From NCBI GenBank assembly GCA_041484665.1, contig JBGPIA010000008.1:22398-86397 (forward strand): DNA of 64,000 nucleotides, given 5' to 3'. The notes beneath the pieces were generated by a model, which was not told the origin of the DNA, made no database searches, and was given only the letters and a program-made list of their open reading frames with translations. This document shows, one piece after another, positions 55,684-64,000 of the stretch. This DNA comes from Candidatus Krumholzibacteriia bacterium. GTDB taxonomy: Bacteria; Krumholzibacteriota; Krumholzibacteriia; JAJRXK01. The position numbers and the translations under genes were made by a program. Each line of letters opens with the position of its first letter. Position 1 is the first letter of the stretch.

Positions 55684-57009
55684 CTAGCGGCCGTCGCTGC
55701 GGTTGGCGTCGGGAGCCTCCACGAGCGTCAGCTTGGTTTCGAAGCTCTTGCTGCCGCGGGACACGGTCAGCTCGAGCACCGACCCCACGCGCGCCTCATA
55801 GAACTGTCGATAGGCCAAGTGGGGATCGCTGATCGCTACGCCGTCCACCTTGCGCACGATGTCGCGCGCGCGCAGGCCGGCGTCCGCGGCGGGGCTGTCC
55901 GGATCGACCTGCTCCACGAAGAAACCGCCGGCCTCTGTGGGGTCGATGTCACGCTCGCGCGCCGCGTAATTGGTGAGGTAGACGCCGTTGAGGCCGCTGA
56001 AGGTCGGCCGGATGCGGCCGTACTTGAGGATCTCCTCCATCACCCAGCGCCCGCGATTGATGGGGACGGCGAAGCCGATCCCGATCGAGCCCCCGCTCTG
56101 GCTGATGATGAAGGTGTTGATCCCGACAACCTCGCCGCGGCTGTTCACCAACGCCCCGCCGCTGTTGCCCGGATTGATCGCGGCGTCGGTCTGGATCATG
56201 TCGAGGTATTGATTCTCGCCCTCGCGCGCCTTGATGTCGCGGTGCAGCGCGCTGACGACGCCCAAGGTCACGGTGGGGTTGGTGTCCTCCAGCAGGTAGC
56301 CGAACGGCGAGCCGATAGCGATGGCCCATTCGGCGATGTCCAGCGTGTCGCTGTCGCCCAGAGACGCCACCGGAAGGTCGTCGGGAGGGTCCTTGATCTT
56401 GAGCACCGCCAGATCGTGGTCGGGCGAGCTGCCGATCAGCTCGGCGCCGAAGCGCCGCCCGTCGCTGAGGTTCACCAGGATCTCGGCGTTGCCGGGCACG
56501 ACGTGGTGATTGGTGAGCACGTAACCGCGCCGGTCGACGATCACACCGCTGCCCAGCCCCTCCACGGTGCGCTTGGCGGTGCGCGGCTGGCGCACCCCTG
56601 GATAGTAGAAGTTGAACCACTCGTCGTAGGGCGTGGGGAAGACCCGGTACACCTGCGTCTGGAATACGTTGATGCTGACCACCGAGGGGCTCGCCTTACG
56701 GGTGGCCTCCACGATGGCGCCGCGCCGCTCGCCGGCGATCGGATCGCCCTGGGCCGACGCGGCCGCCGGCTGCTGCCCATCCTGCGCCACGGCAAAGTGG
56801 GCCGGGAGCCCCGGGCTTGTCGCCGCGGTGGTCGCGCTGCCGGCCGCGGAGCGGACCGCCGCGAGCGCCCGGGCGCCCAGCAGACGGCTGCCCCAGCCAC
56901 CGGTATCGGTCACCACGACCGCCAGCAACGTCGCCAGCCCCACCGTGGCTCCGATCAGACATCCGACGATGTAGGGAAGAGCTCGGTTGTGGCTCATGCT
57001 TGCCTCCAT
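55684..57009 (-). CDS. HtrA/DegP-family periplasmic serine protease (trypsin domain + one PDZ)
   Basis: ORF track; N-terminal TM anchor; catalytic H (TNHHVV), D, and GNSGGAL serine motif; C-terminal PDZ. Confidence 0.85.
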   Translation of the reverse strand: MEASMSHNRALPYIVGCLIGATVGLATLLAVVVTDTGGWGSRLLGARALAAVRSAAGSATTAATSPGLPAHFAVAQDGQQPAAASAQGDPIAGERRGAIVEATRKASPSVVSINVFQTQVYRVFPTPYDEWFNFYYPGVRQPRTAKRTVEGLGSGVIVDRRGYVLTNHHVVPGNAEILVNLSDGRRFGAELIGSSPDHDLAVLKIKDPPDDLPVASLGDSDTLDIAEWAIAIGSPFGYLLEDTNPTVTLGVVSALHRDIKAREGENQYLDMIQTDAAINPGNSGGALVNSRGEVVGINTFIISQSGGSIGIGFAVPINRGRWVMEEILKYGRIRPTFSGLNGVYLTNYAARERDIDPTEAGGFFVEQVDPDSPAADAGLRARDIVRKVDGVAISDPHLAYRQFYEARVGSVLELTVSRGSKSFETKLTLVEAPDANRSDGR

Positions 57010-57172
57010 CGCGCGGGCCCGTCAGCTCCGCGGTTTGTACGGAGGGCGCAGGGACCGGTTCCGCCCGACCTGGCCGTTGCGCGCACGGGCGGCCGCGCAG
57101 CGGACGGCTGAGTTACGGGCTGGTGCGCCGGGGGCGGCCGCGTCGCCGGTCCCGGCGTCGCGCGTGGCTGCG

Positions 57173-57817
57173 TCAATTCTGCGCCCGGCGCCACGACTCG
57201 CGAAACCCCAGACGGCCCTGCTCGGTGAGCGGGTGGTCGGCGAGCTGGCGGAGCAACGCGAGCGGAAACGACGACGCGTCGGCCCCCATGCGCGCCGCCT
57301 CGGCCACGTGGCCGGGATGGCGCAGGTCCGCGGCCAGCACGCGCGTCTTGATATCGTACTGGTCGTAGGTGGCGATGATGTTGCCCACCAGGGCGAGCCC
57401 GTCGCCCCCTGCCTCATCCAGCCGGCCGACGTACGGAGAGACGTAGCGGGCGCCGGCCTTGGCCGCGAGCAGCGCCTGCGGCAGCGAGAAGCAGAGCGTG
57501 GCGTCGACGGGGATGCGTCGCTCGGCCAGCGCCGCGATCGCCGGGATCCCCGCGGGCACGCACGGCACCTTCACCACGATCCGCTCGTGGATGTTCGCGA
57601 GGGTCTCGGCCTCCTCGATCATGCCCTGGGTGTCGGTGGCGATCACCTCGGCCATCACCGGGCCGCCCACCAGGGTGCACAGCTCCGCGAGGATCTCGTG
57701 GGGGTCCCCCTCCTCACGGGACAGCAGGGTGGGGTTGGTATTGACCCCGTCGATCACCCTCCAGCTGAGCGCCTCGCGCAGGTCCGCCAGGCTCGCCGAC
57801 TCCAGGTAGAGCTGCAT
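57173..57817 (-). CDS. transaldolase/fructose-6-phosphate aldolase family (short ~215-aa type)
   Basis: Internal ATG with AAGGAAAGGA RBS; MQLYLESASLADL...NTNPTLL...KVPCVPAG motifs. Confidence 0.8.
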   Translation of the reverse strand: MQLYLESASLADLREALSWRVIDGVNTNPTLLSREEGDPHEILAELCTLVGGPVMAEVIATDTQGMIEEAETLANIHERIVVKVPCVPAGIPAIAALAERRIPVDATLCFSLPQALLAAKAGARYVSPYVGRLDEAGGDGLALVGNIIATYDQYDIKTRVLAADLRHPGHVAEAARMGADASSFPLALLRQLADHPLTEQGRLGFRESWRRAQN

Positions 57818-57833
57818 CGGTCCTTTCCTTGGT

Positions 57834-58718
57834 TCACTCCAGCGCCGGATGACCGTCCGCGGCCCCCGCGGAGATCGGGGCGCGCCCCACCTCAGGCGGG
57901 TACTCCACCCGCTCCAGGCACAGCCCAAGCGCGGCCGCCGTGACGCCTGCAGCGCGCCGATCGCGCGCCTGCAGTATAGCCGAGATCGATCCGGCCGCCC
58001 GGCGGCCGCGCCCGATCTCCAGCAGGGTCCCCACGATCGACCGCACCATCGAATGGAGGAAGCGGTCGGCGGCGATCTGGTAGGTCAGAGCGTCGCCGGA
58101 GGGCTCCGCCACGAGCTCGGAGCGGCGGATCCGACAGACGGTCTTTCCTTGCTCGGCCGAAGTCGCGACGCAGAAGCTCGCGCAGTCGTGATCGCCCACG
58201 AGCGTCGCCGCGGCCTCGCGCATGGCCGCGACGTCGAGGTGGCCGCGCACCAGCAGGTGGTCGCGGCGGCGCAGCGGGTCGGGGCGCAGGAGCATGCGGT
58301 ACGCGTAGTGGCGCGCCCGGGCGCTGAAGCGCGCGTGGAATCCCTCGGGCTCGCCGCCCACCTCGAGCGCCACCACGTCCTCCGGAAGCAGCCGGCGCAG
58401 CGCGCGGGCCAGCCGCTCGACGGACTTGTGTCCGGCGACGGGAGCGCTGGCGACCTGGCCGCGGGCATGCACGCCCGCGTCGGTGCGACCCGCTCCGGGC
58501 GGAAGAACGTCGAGGGGTATGATGCGGCGCAGGGCCGTGGCCAGCTCTCCCTGCACCGTGCGCAGCCCCGGTTGCGCCTGCCAGCCGTGGAAGTCGGTGC
58601 CGTCGTAGGCGAGCACGATGCGCGCGACGCGCACCGATCCGGCGTCGCCGCCGCCCGTTGCGCAACTGCGATCCGTGGATGCAGGATCGCCTTCGTTCGC
58701 CGTTGGACCGTGCCTCAC
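57834..58718 (-). CDS. truA: tRNA pseudouridine(38-40) synthase
   Basis: ORF track; GTG start overlapping the asd stop (GTGA); YDGTDFHGWQ and catalytic GRTDAGVHA motif. Confidence 0.85.
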   Translation of the reverse strand: MRHGPTANEGDPASTDRSCATGGGDAGSVRVARIVLAYDGTDFHGWQAQPGLRTVQGELATALRRIIPLDVLPPGAGRTDAGVHARGQVASAPVAGHKSVERLARALRRLLPEDVVALEVGGEPEGFHARFSARARHYAYRMLLRPDPLRRRDHLLVRGHLDVAAMREAAATLVGDHDCASFCVATSAEQGKTVCRIRRSELVAEPSGDALTYQIAADRFLHSMVRSIVGTLLEIGRGRRAAGSISAILQARDRRAAGVTAAALGLCLERVEYPPEVGRAPISAGAADGHPALE

Positions 58719-59737
58719 GGCTGCACTGTCAATCCCAGCCGGGCTTCGACCAGCTCGATGGCGTTGAGCGCCGCGCCCCGGCGCAGGTTGTCCCCCACCG
58801 CCCAGAGCGCCAGCGCCTCGGGATCACCCGTGGGACGCCGGATGCGGGCCACCAGCACGGGGTCGCGCCCCTGCGCGTCGCGTGGCGTGGGAGGCAGACG
58901 GTCATCGTCCCAGACCTCCACCCCCTCGCTCTGGCGCAGCAATGCCGCCACCGAGCGCGGGTCGACGTCGCGGGCAGGCCAGAGCGTGATCGCCAGCGCA
59001 TGCCCCACACGCGTGGGCACGCGCACCGCCGTGGCCGAGATTCCCACCCCGTCGAGCCCCAGGATCTTGCGGAGCTCATCGACGATCTTGCGCTCTTCCA
59101 GGCTCTCCCCGCCCTCCATGGGCCCGATCCATGGCAGCACGTTCTCGCGCAGCGGAGCCCCCGCGACCCAGCCGGCGGCGGGCGGGAGGTCGCCCGGCGC
59201 GGCGTCCAGTTCGGCCAGCAGCTCGCGACCCGCCCCACTGGCGGACTGATAGCTCGCGATCGCCAACCGCCGCAGGCCCCAGCGTGCCTGCAGCGGCCCT
59301 ACGACCGTGGCCGCAATGGCCGCGGTGCAGTTTGGATTCGCCAACAGGTTGGACGGCGGATCGGTGCGCAGGCGGTGGAGGTTGACGGGCGCCACGACCA
59401 ACGGCACGTCGGGCGCCATCCGCCAGACGCTGGTCATGTCCACGACGATCAGCCCGCGTGCCGCCAGCGTCCGCGCCTGGCGCCGGCTGACCTCCTCGCC
59501 CGCGCACAGCAACACGGCATCGGCGCCGCGCAAGGCCGCGACATCGATCGGGCCCACGGGCGCCGGCTCGCCGCGGAACGAGAGCGTCGACCGGCTCTGC
59601 CCGCTGGCCTGCAGCAGTGGCGGCTCGCGCAGCCAGGGCCGACTCTCCAGGATCGAGAGCGCGGTGCGACCCACCAGGCCGGTGGCCCCCACGACGGCAA
59701 TGCGCGCGACGGCGGTGGTCGACCTGGGCTGCGTCAT
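58715..59737 (-). CDS. asd: aspartate-semialdehyde dehydrogenase
   Basis: 601-aa ORF trimmed to the internal ATG (MTQPRSTTAVARIAVVGATGLVG); NPNCTA active-site Cys region and SYQSASGAG. Confidence 0.85.
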   Translation of the reverse strand: MTQPRSTTAVARIAVVGATGLVGRTALSILESRPWLREPPLLQASGQSRSTLSFRGEPAPVGPIDVAALRGADAVLLCAGEEVSRRQARTLAARGLIVVDMTSVWRMAPDVPLVVAPVNLHRLRTDPPSNLLANPNCTAAIAATVVGPLQARWGLRRLAIASYQSASGAGRELLAELDAAPGDLPPAAGWVAGAPLRENVLPWIGPMEGGESLEERKIVDELRKILGLDGVGISATAVRVPTRVGHALAITLWPARDVDPRSVAALLRQSEGVEVWDDDRLPPTPRDAQGRDPVLVARIRRPTGDPEALALWAVGDNLRRGAALNAIELVEARLGLTVQP

Positions 59738-59870
59738 GGCCCGTGAAAAGTAGCAGGGGGGGAGGCGAGCCACCATGCCAGGGTTGCACGAGGACGACTC
59801 GGCGGATACCCTCGCGCCGCACGGCCGCGCCCCAGCGGGAGGACCCAGCGGGAGGATCGAGCGGCAGACG

Positions 59871-62036
59871 ATGGTGCGCAGCGCTCCACTTCGATGCGCG
59901 CGACCGCGGGCGAGCGAGTCCGCGGCCACCGTGACCGTGTGGGCGGCCGGCGCCTGCACCGCGCTGCTCGCATGCGCCACGCTGCATGGCTGCGCTCCCA
60001 CCGATCCCGAGGTGCAGCTCCACGACATCCGCCGCTGGGAGGACGCCCGTACCCTGCCGGCGGACAGCCTGGCCATCTTGCTGCGCCGCGCCAATCCGAT
60101 GATCCGCTCCGCGGCCGCGCGCGCCATCGGGCGCATCGGTGACCCGCGCGGCGTGGAGGCGCTGGCGCAGGCCCTGGGGGACGATCCGCGCGCGGTGGTC
60201 CGCGCCGAGGCCGCTTTCGCCCTGGGAATCCTCGGCGCGCCGGAGGCCACGCCCGCGCTGGTGCGGGCCGCCACCGGCGAGCCCGAGGCGCGCACCCTGG
60301 GCGAGATCGCGCTCGCCCTGGGCCGGTTGCAGCAGCCCGGCACGACCGAGGTGTTGACGCACCTGCTGCAGAGCGGGCACCCGTTCGTGCGCGAGCAGGC
60401 GGCGGAAGCCCTCGCCCTGGTCGCCGACACCACCTCGGTCGGCGGGTTGCTGGCCGCGACGCAGGACTCCTTCGAGAGCGTCGCGTGGCGCGCGGTGTAC
60501 GCGCTGGAGAAGGTGCCCACGCCGGCATCGATCCCGCGGCTGACGGCGATGGCCGACGCGCCCTCGCCACTGATCCGCGCCTATGTCGCGCGCACGCTCG
60601 GGCGCATCGCAGACGAGCGCGGCGCCCCGGTGGCCGCCCACATCCTCGAGCGCGCGCGCAGCGACTGGCACGTGCGGGCGAATGCAGCCCTCGCGCTGGG
60701 GCGCATCGGCGGTGAGCGCGCCATCCGGGCGCTGCAATCGGCGCTGGGCGACAGCATCTTCCATGTGCGGGCAGCGGCGCTGGCGGGGCTGGAGCAGGCG
60801 TCGTCGAAAGCGGCGGCCCCGCGCGTCACGGCCGCGACGGCCGGCGCGGCCGCCGCTGCGGGGGCAGCAGGCGCGGCCGCTGCGAGCGCCGCGCCCATCC
60901 CGGCGGCCCTCGCCGCCGCCATCGCGGGGGCGGCGGCGGCCGTCGAGCGGGCGTGCGCCGACTCGGTGGTCGACGTGCGCGCGGCCGCCTACTCGGCGCT
61001 GGCGGAGTGCGAGCATGCCGGTGCCTACTCCTGGCTGTTGCGCGGAATCGGGGATCCCGCGCCGCACGTGGCTGCGATCTGCATGGAGGCCCTGGGCCGT
61101 TGCGGCGATCCGCGCGCGCGGACGGTGCTGAGTGCCGCCCTCGCCGACACGACGCTGCCTCGCCAGCGCGTGGCGGCGGCGAGCGGGCTGGGTCACACGG
61201 GCGATGGCGAGGCGGCGGGCCCTGCCCTGCGGGCGTGCGTCGATGCCCGCGACTGGGTGCTGGCCGCGACCGCGATCGAGGCGCTCGGGCTGCTGGGTGA
61301 CAAGCAATGCGTCCCGCAGCTATTGCGCGCGTTCGCAGAGCGGCAGGGCACGGGCCGCCTGGACGTTCGCTGGCAGGTGGTGCAGACGCTGGAAGCGCTC
61401 AAGGACCCCGCCGCGGTCCCCCTGCTGCGCTCGGCCCTCGACGACGACGACGTGCGGGTGCGCGTGGTGGCGCGCAAGGCGCTGGCCGCGATCCTGCCCG
61501 AGGTGGAGGCCGCGGGGCTGCCAACCGAGCAGAAGCTGCGCCGCGACGTGCGCCCCGCGCGCCGCTCACCGTCGCAGCCGGCGCTGGTCATCCACACGCG
61601 CGCGCGGCAGCTCGTGCTCGAGACAGCGCGGGGCCGCATCAGGATCGAGCTGTTGCCCGAGGAGGCGCCCCAGACCGTGGAGAGCTTCGCGCGGCTGGCC
61701 GAGCGCGGCTTTTTCAACGGCCGCACGTTCCACCGGGTCGTGCCCAACTTCGTGATCCAGGGGGGCGACCCGCTGGGCAACGGCTGGGGGGACGCCGGCT
61801 ACAGCCTTCGCTGCGAGTGGAGCCCGCAGCGCTACGATGCGGGTACGGTGGGAGTCGCCCATTCGGGCAAGGACACGGGTGGCTGCCAGCTCTTCATCAC
61901 CCACTCGCCGCAGCCCCACCTCGACGCGCGCTACACCGTAATCGGCCGCGTGGTCGAGGGTATGCGCGTGGTCGACGCTGTCCGCATCGGCGATCGCTTC
62001 ACCGCGAGCGTCGTGTGGGAGGACGCAACGCCCTGA
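59871..62036 (+). CDS. lipoprotein with HEAT-like (PBS-lyase type) repeats fused to a C-terminal cyclophilin-type peptidyl-prolyl isomerase
   Basis: ORF trimmed to MVRSAPL... with lipobox ACATLHGC; repeated RxxAAxALGxIGDPRAxxAL HEAT-like units, Ala-rich linker, C-terminal FHRVVPNFVIQGGDP...GTVGVAHSGKDTGGCQLFI cyclophilin motifs. Confidence 0.75.
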   Translation: MVRSAPLRCARPRASESAATVTVWAAGACTALLACATLHGCAPTDPEVQLHDIRRWEDARTLPADSLAILLRRANPMIRSAAARAIGRIGDPRGVEALAQALGDDPRAVVRAEAAFALGILGAPEATPALVRAATGEPEARTLGEIALALGRLQQPGTTEVLTHLLQSGHPFVREQAAEALALVADTTSVGGLLAATQDSFESVAWRAVYALEKVPTPASIPRLTAMADAPSPLIRAYVARTLGRIADERGAPVAAHILERARSDWHVRANAALALGRIGGERAIRALQSALGDSIFHVRAAALAGLEQASSKAAAPRVTAATAGAAAAAGAAGAAAASAAPIPAALAAAIAGAAAAVERACADSVVDVRAAAYSALAECEHAGAYSWLLRGIGDPAPHVAAICMEALGRCGDPRARTVLSAALADTTLPRQRVAAASGLGHTGDGEAAGPALRACVDARDWVLAATAIEALGLLGDKQCVPQLLRAFAERQGTGRLDVRWQVVQTLEALKDPAAVPLLRSALDDDDVRVRVVARKALAAILPEVEAAGLPTEQKLRRDVRPARRSPSQPALVIHTRARQLVLETARGRIRIELLPEEAPQTVESFARLAERGFFNGRTFHRVVPNFVIQGGDPLGNGWGDAGYSLRCEWSPQRYDAGTVGVAHSGKDTGGCQLFITHSPQPHLDARYTVIGRVVEGMRVVDAVRIGDRFTASVVWEDATP

Positions 62037-62112
62037 GCGCGTGACGTCGGGACGAGACGGTGTCCAAAGTGTCGCGCTGCCCACAGCGCGACGCGGCCCC
62101 ACGCGGCGCCGC

Positions 62113-63354
62113 TCAGCGCATGGACCCGCCGTGACTCTGTCCCTTGTCGGCGGGGCTCGTCAGCGCGCCGGGCGGCGCGGGACGCTCCTGGCCCTGCTTG
62201 GCGACGTCGGCGCCCGGCGCCCCGGCGTCGGGCGCGCGGGCCAGGACTTGCGTCTGCGGAAAGGCGGCCAAGAGCCCCGCGATGGATGGACGCGGCAGCG
62301 CGACCCGGTGCGACCCGCGAGGGAGGTAGGATCGCAGAAGCGCAGGGTTGAGGTCGTGCAGCCTGCGGTAGGACAGCCCGGCGGCAGCGGCGAGATCCCG
62401 CAGCGCAAGCCGTTCGCCTTGCACCTTCAGCAGCAGCGTGTCGCAAGGCACCGTGGGCGCTGCCGGCAACAGCGGCGGGAAGTCGTAGGTGGCCGGGTGC
62501 TCGAACAAGAGCTTCACCGCCGCGGCGCGGAACCAGTAGGCCTCGGTCTCGCGGGGCAGCACCATCGAGTAGAAGTCGCGCGTGCCCTGGTCCATCACGG
62601 CGTTGCGGATGCGCTGCTCGCCCGCGTTGTAGCCAGCCAGGGTCAGCGGCCACGATTCGAACTCCCCGTGCAGATCCCGCAGGTAGGCGATGGCAGCGTC
62701 GGTGGCCTTGATCAGGTCCCGCCGCTCGTCCACCGTATCGTCGCGACGCAGCCCGTAGCGGCTGCCGGTCGGCAGCACGAATTGCCAGTAGCCCACCGCC
62801 TCCGCGGGGCTCACCGCGCGCGGATCCAGCGCGCTCTCGATCACCATCACGTACTTGAGATCCTCGGGCAGGCTCGCGGCGCGCAGGCGCTCCTCCACCA
62901 GCGGGAACACCGCCGGCGACCGCTCCATCCAGTTCAGCACCCAGTGGCGATTGGTGAGCAGGCGGTAGAACTCGGCGGTGAAGCGCGCGCGGATGTCGGC
63001 CTGCTCCAGCGGGAGCTCCTCGCCGCAGAAGCGCAGCGATCCGGGCACGGGGTACAGCTGCAGCGGCCGCAGGTAGACCGGCGCTGCCGCGACCGCGTCG
63101 GCGGGGGCGGTCGGGCTGTCGGCGACCGCTGGCGTCAGCAGGGCGACGCGCTGCTCCAGCCGCGCGTTCAGCTCCTCCAGGCGGGTGAGGCGGCGCAGCA
63201 ACCCCGCGCGCGAATCATCGCGCCGGGAGCCGGCAGCCACGGCCGAGCCCGTCGGCGAGCCGCCCCACACCCAAGGCTGCAGCCCGGCGAGGCTGTAGCC
63301 CAGTCCGAAGAGCAGGCCGCCCAGCAGGCAGGAGATCCAAAGTTGGCGTCGCAT
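62113..63354 (-). CDS. lytic transglycosylase (SLT-domain, MltD/Slt-like) with N-terminal membrane anchor
   Basis: ORF track; VMVIESALDPRAVSPAEAVGYWQF catalytic-Glu region and AGYNAG motif. Confidence 0.75.
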   Translation of the reverse strand: MRRQLWISCLLGGLLFGLGYSLAGLQPWVWGGSPTGSAVAAGSRRDDSRAGLLRRLTRLEELNARLEQRVALLTPAVADSPTAPADAVAAAPVYLRPLQLYPVPGSLRFCGEELPLEQADIRARFTAEFYRLLTNRHWVLNWMERSPAVFPLVEERLRAASLPEDLKYVMVIESALDPRAVSPAEAVGYWQFVLPTGSRYGLRRDDTVDERRDLIKATDAAIAYLRDLHGEFESWPLTLAGYNAGEQRIRNAVMDQGTRDFYSMVLPRETEAYWFRAAAVKLLFEHPATYDFPPLLPAAPTVPCDTLLLKVQGERLALRDLAAAAGLSYRRLHDLNPALLRSYLPRGSHRVALPRPSIAGLLAAFPQTQVLARAPDAGAPGADVAKQGQERPAPPGALTSPADKGQSHGGSMR

Positions 63355-63635
63355 CGTGGGCGTTTCCAGCTGGGGCGTGCTCCGTGCATCGGCTTCGCGC
63401 CGCGGCCCGCGGGCCGGCGTCGCGCTGCGACCATCCCATCGAGTATACGCGTCTGGCGCTACAGTTTCGACAGGTGGTCTGCTAAACTGCCGCCCGCGCA
63501 GAGGGCCCGGCCGGCCTCTCCACGTAGGCAGGGGCCGGGCGGCGCGCCACCATCCGCCGCGATCGGCCCTCGACCGCCGCAGCCGACCGCTTCCGCGCTC
63601 AACAGGGACGCCCTGGGAAGGAGTCGCACGTCGCC

Positions 63636-64000
63636 ATGCGCATGCGGTCGCTTGCCGGAATTGTGATCCTGGTGATCGTGCTGGGGCTGCTGGGCTGCGG
63701 CGCGCTGGGCTGCAGCGCCTACAACCAGCTGGTGGGCCTGGAGGAGCAGGTGAACGCGGCCTGGGGCCAGGTCGACAACGTCTACCAGCGCCGCGCCGAT
63801 CTCGTCCCCAACCTGGTCGAGACCGTCAAAGGAGCCGCCAACTTCGAGCGGCAGACGCTGACGGCGGTGATCGAGGCCCGCGCCAAGGCCACCCAGGTGC
63901 AGGCCACCCTCGGCACCGATGTCATCGAGGACCCCCAGGCGTTCGCCCGCTTCCAGAAGGCCCAGGGCGAGCTGGGCGGGGCGCTTTCGCGGCTGCTGGT
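63636..64000 (+). CDS. LemA-family protein (5' partial at window end)
   Basis: ATG after a GGAAGGAG RBS; TM anchor; YNQLVGLEEQVNAAWGQVDNVYQRRADLVPNLVETVKG matches the LemA consensus. Confidence 0.75.
   Translation, partial: MRMRSLAGIVILVIVLGLLGCGALGCSAYNQLVGLEEQVNAAWGQVDNVYQRRADLVPNLVETVKGAANFERQTLTAVIEARAKATQVQATLGTDVIEDPQAFARFQKAQGELGGALSRLL

Overview
This 64 kb window is a high-GC (roughly 70%) bacterial chromosomal segment, densely coded, with many GTG/TTG starts and 4-nt start/stop overlaps (ATGA/GTGA). Antisense or out-of-frame ORFs in the track were discounted as high-GC artefacts.

Features supported by the sequence: three tRNAs (Arg-TCT, Pro-TGG, Leu-CAG); a ParA-like ATPase with no parB partner seen; an ABC-2 exporter operon; a minus-strand string smpB-amidase-GerMN-murI-rph-rdgB; and a roughly 18 kb co-directional minus-strand string asd-truA-tal-htrA-purB-purL-purQ-(unknown ORF)-purF-tldD-(DUF2344 fusion)-rne. 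Elsewhere there are three secreted proteins with T9SS type-A (Por) C-terminal sorting domains, a Ser/Thr kinase-TolB fusion, a PDZ/multi-TM/GAF/PP2C sensor phosphatase, a GT39(ArnT/PMT-like)-TPR protein, an IMPase, an archaeal-type (type II) GAPDH homolog, HDOD, LOG, rhomboid and DUF45 proteins, a HEAT-cyclophilin lipoprotein, a lytic transglycosylase and a LemA fragment. No CRISPR array, transposase or integrase was seen.

Observations that merit a second look:
- A DUF2344 (TIGR03936) protein fused to a 600-aa N-terminal region that resembles a degenerate radical-SAM partner without the Cys triad, sitting next to rne.
- An unassigned 237-aa ORF translationally coupled inside the pur operon, and an orphan tldD without tldE.
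- purF with a repeat-bearing N-terminal extension and an acidic C-terminal tail.
- A lower-GC two-gene secreted-protein islet downstream of tRNA-Arg.
- A Bor-family lipoprotein and a gene remnant beside tRNA-Leu.
- A parS-like palindrome and iteron-like repeats upstream of the orphan parA.
- A dispersed 19-bp palindromic element.
- Pervasive short in-frame tandem repeats inside housekeeping genes.

The T9SS-type cargo together with the high GC suggests a Gemmatimonadota-like or related candidate-phylum genome; this is inference only. Coordinates of repeats, tRNAs and internal start codons were read by eye from the printed sequence and should be treated as approximate to within a few nt.
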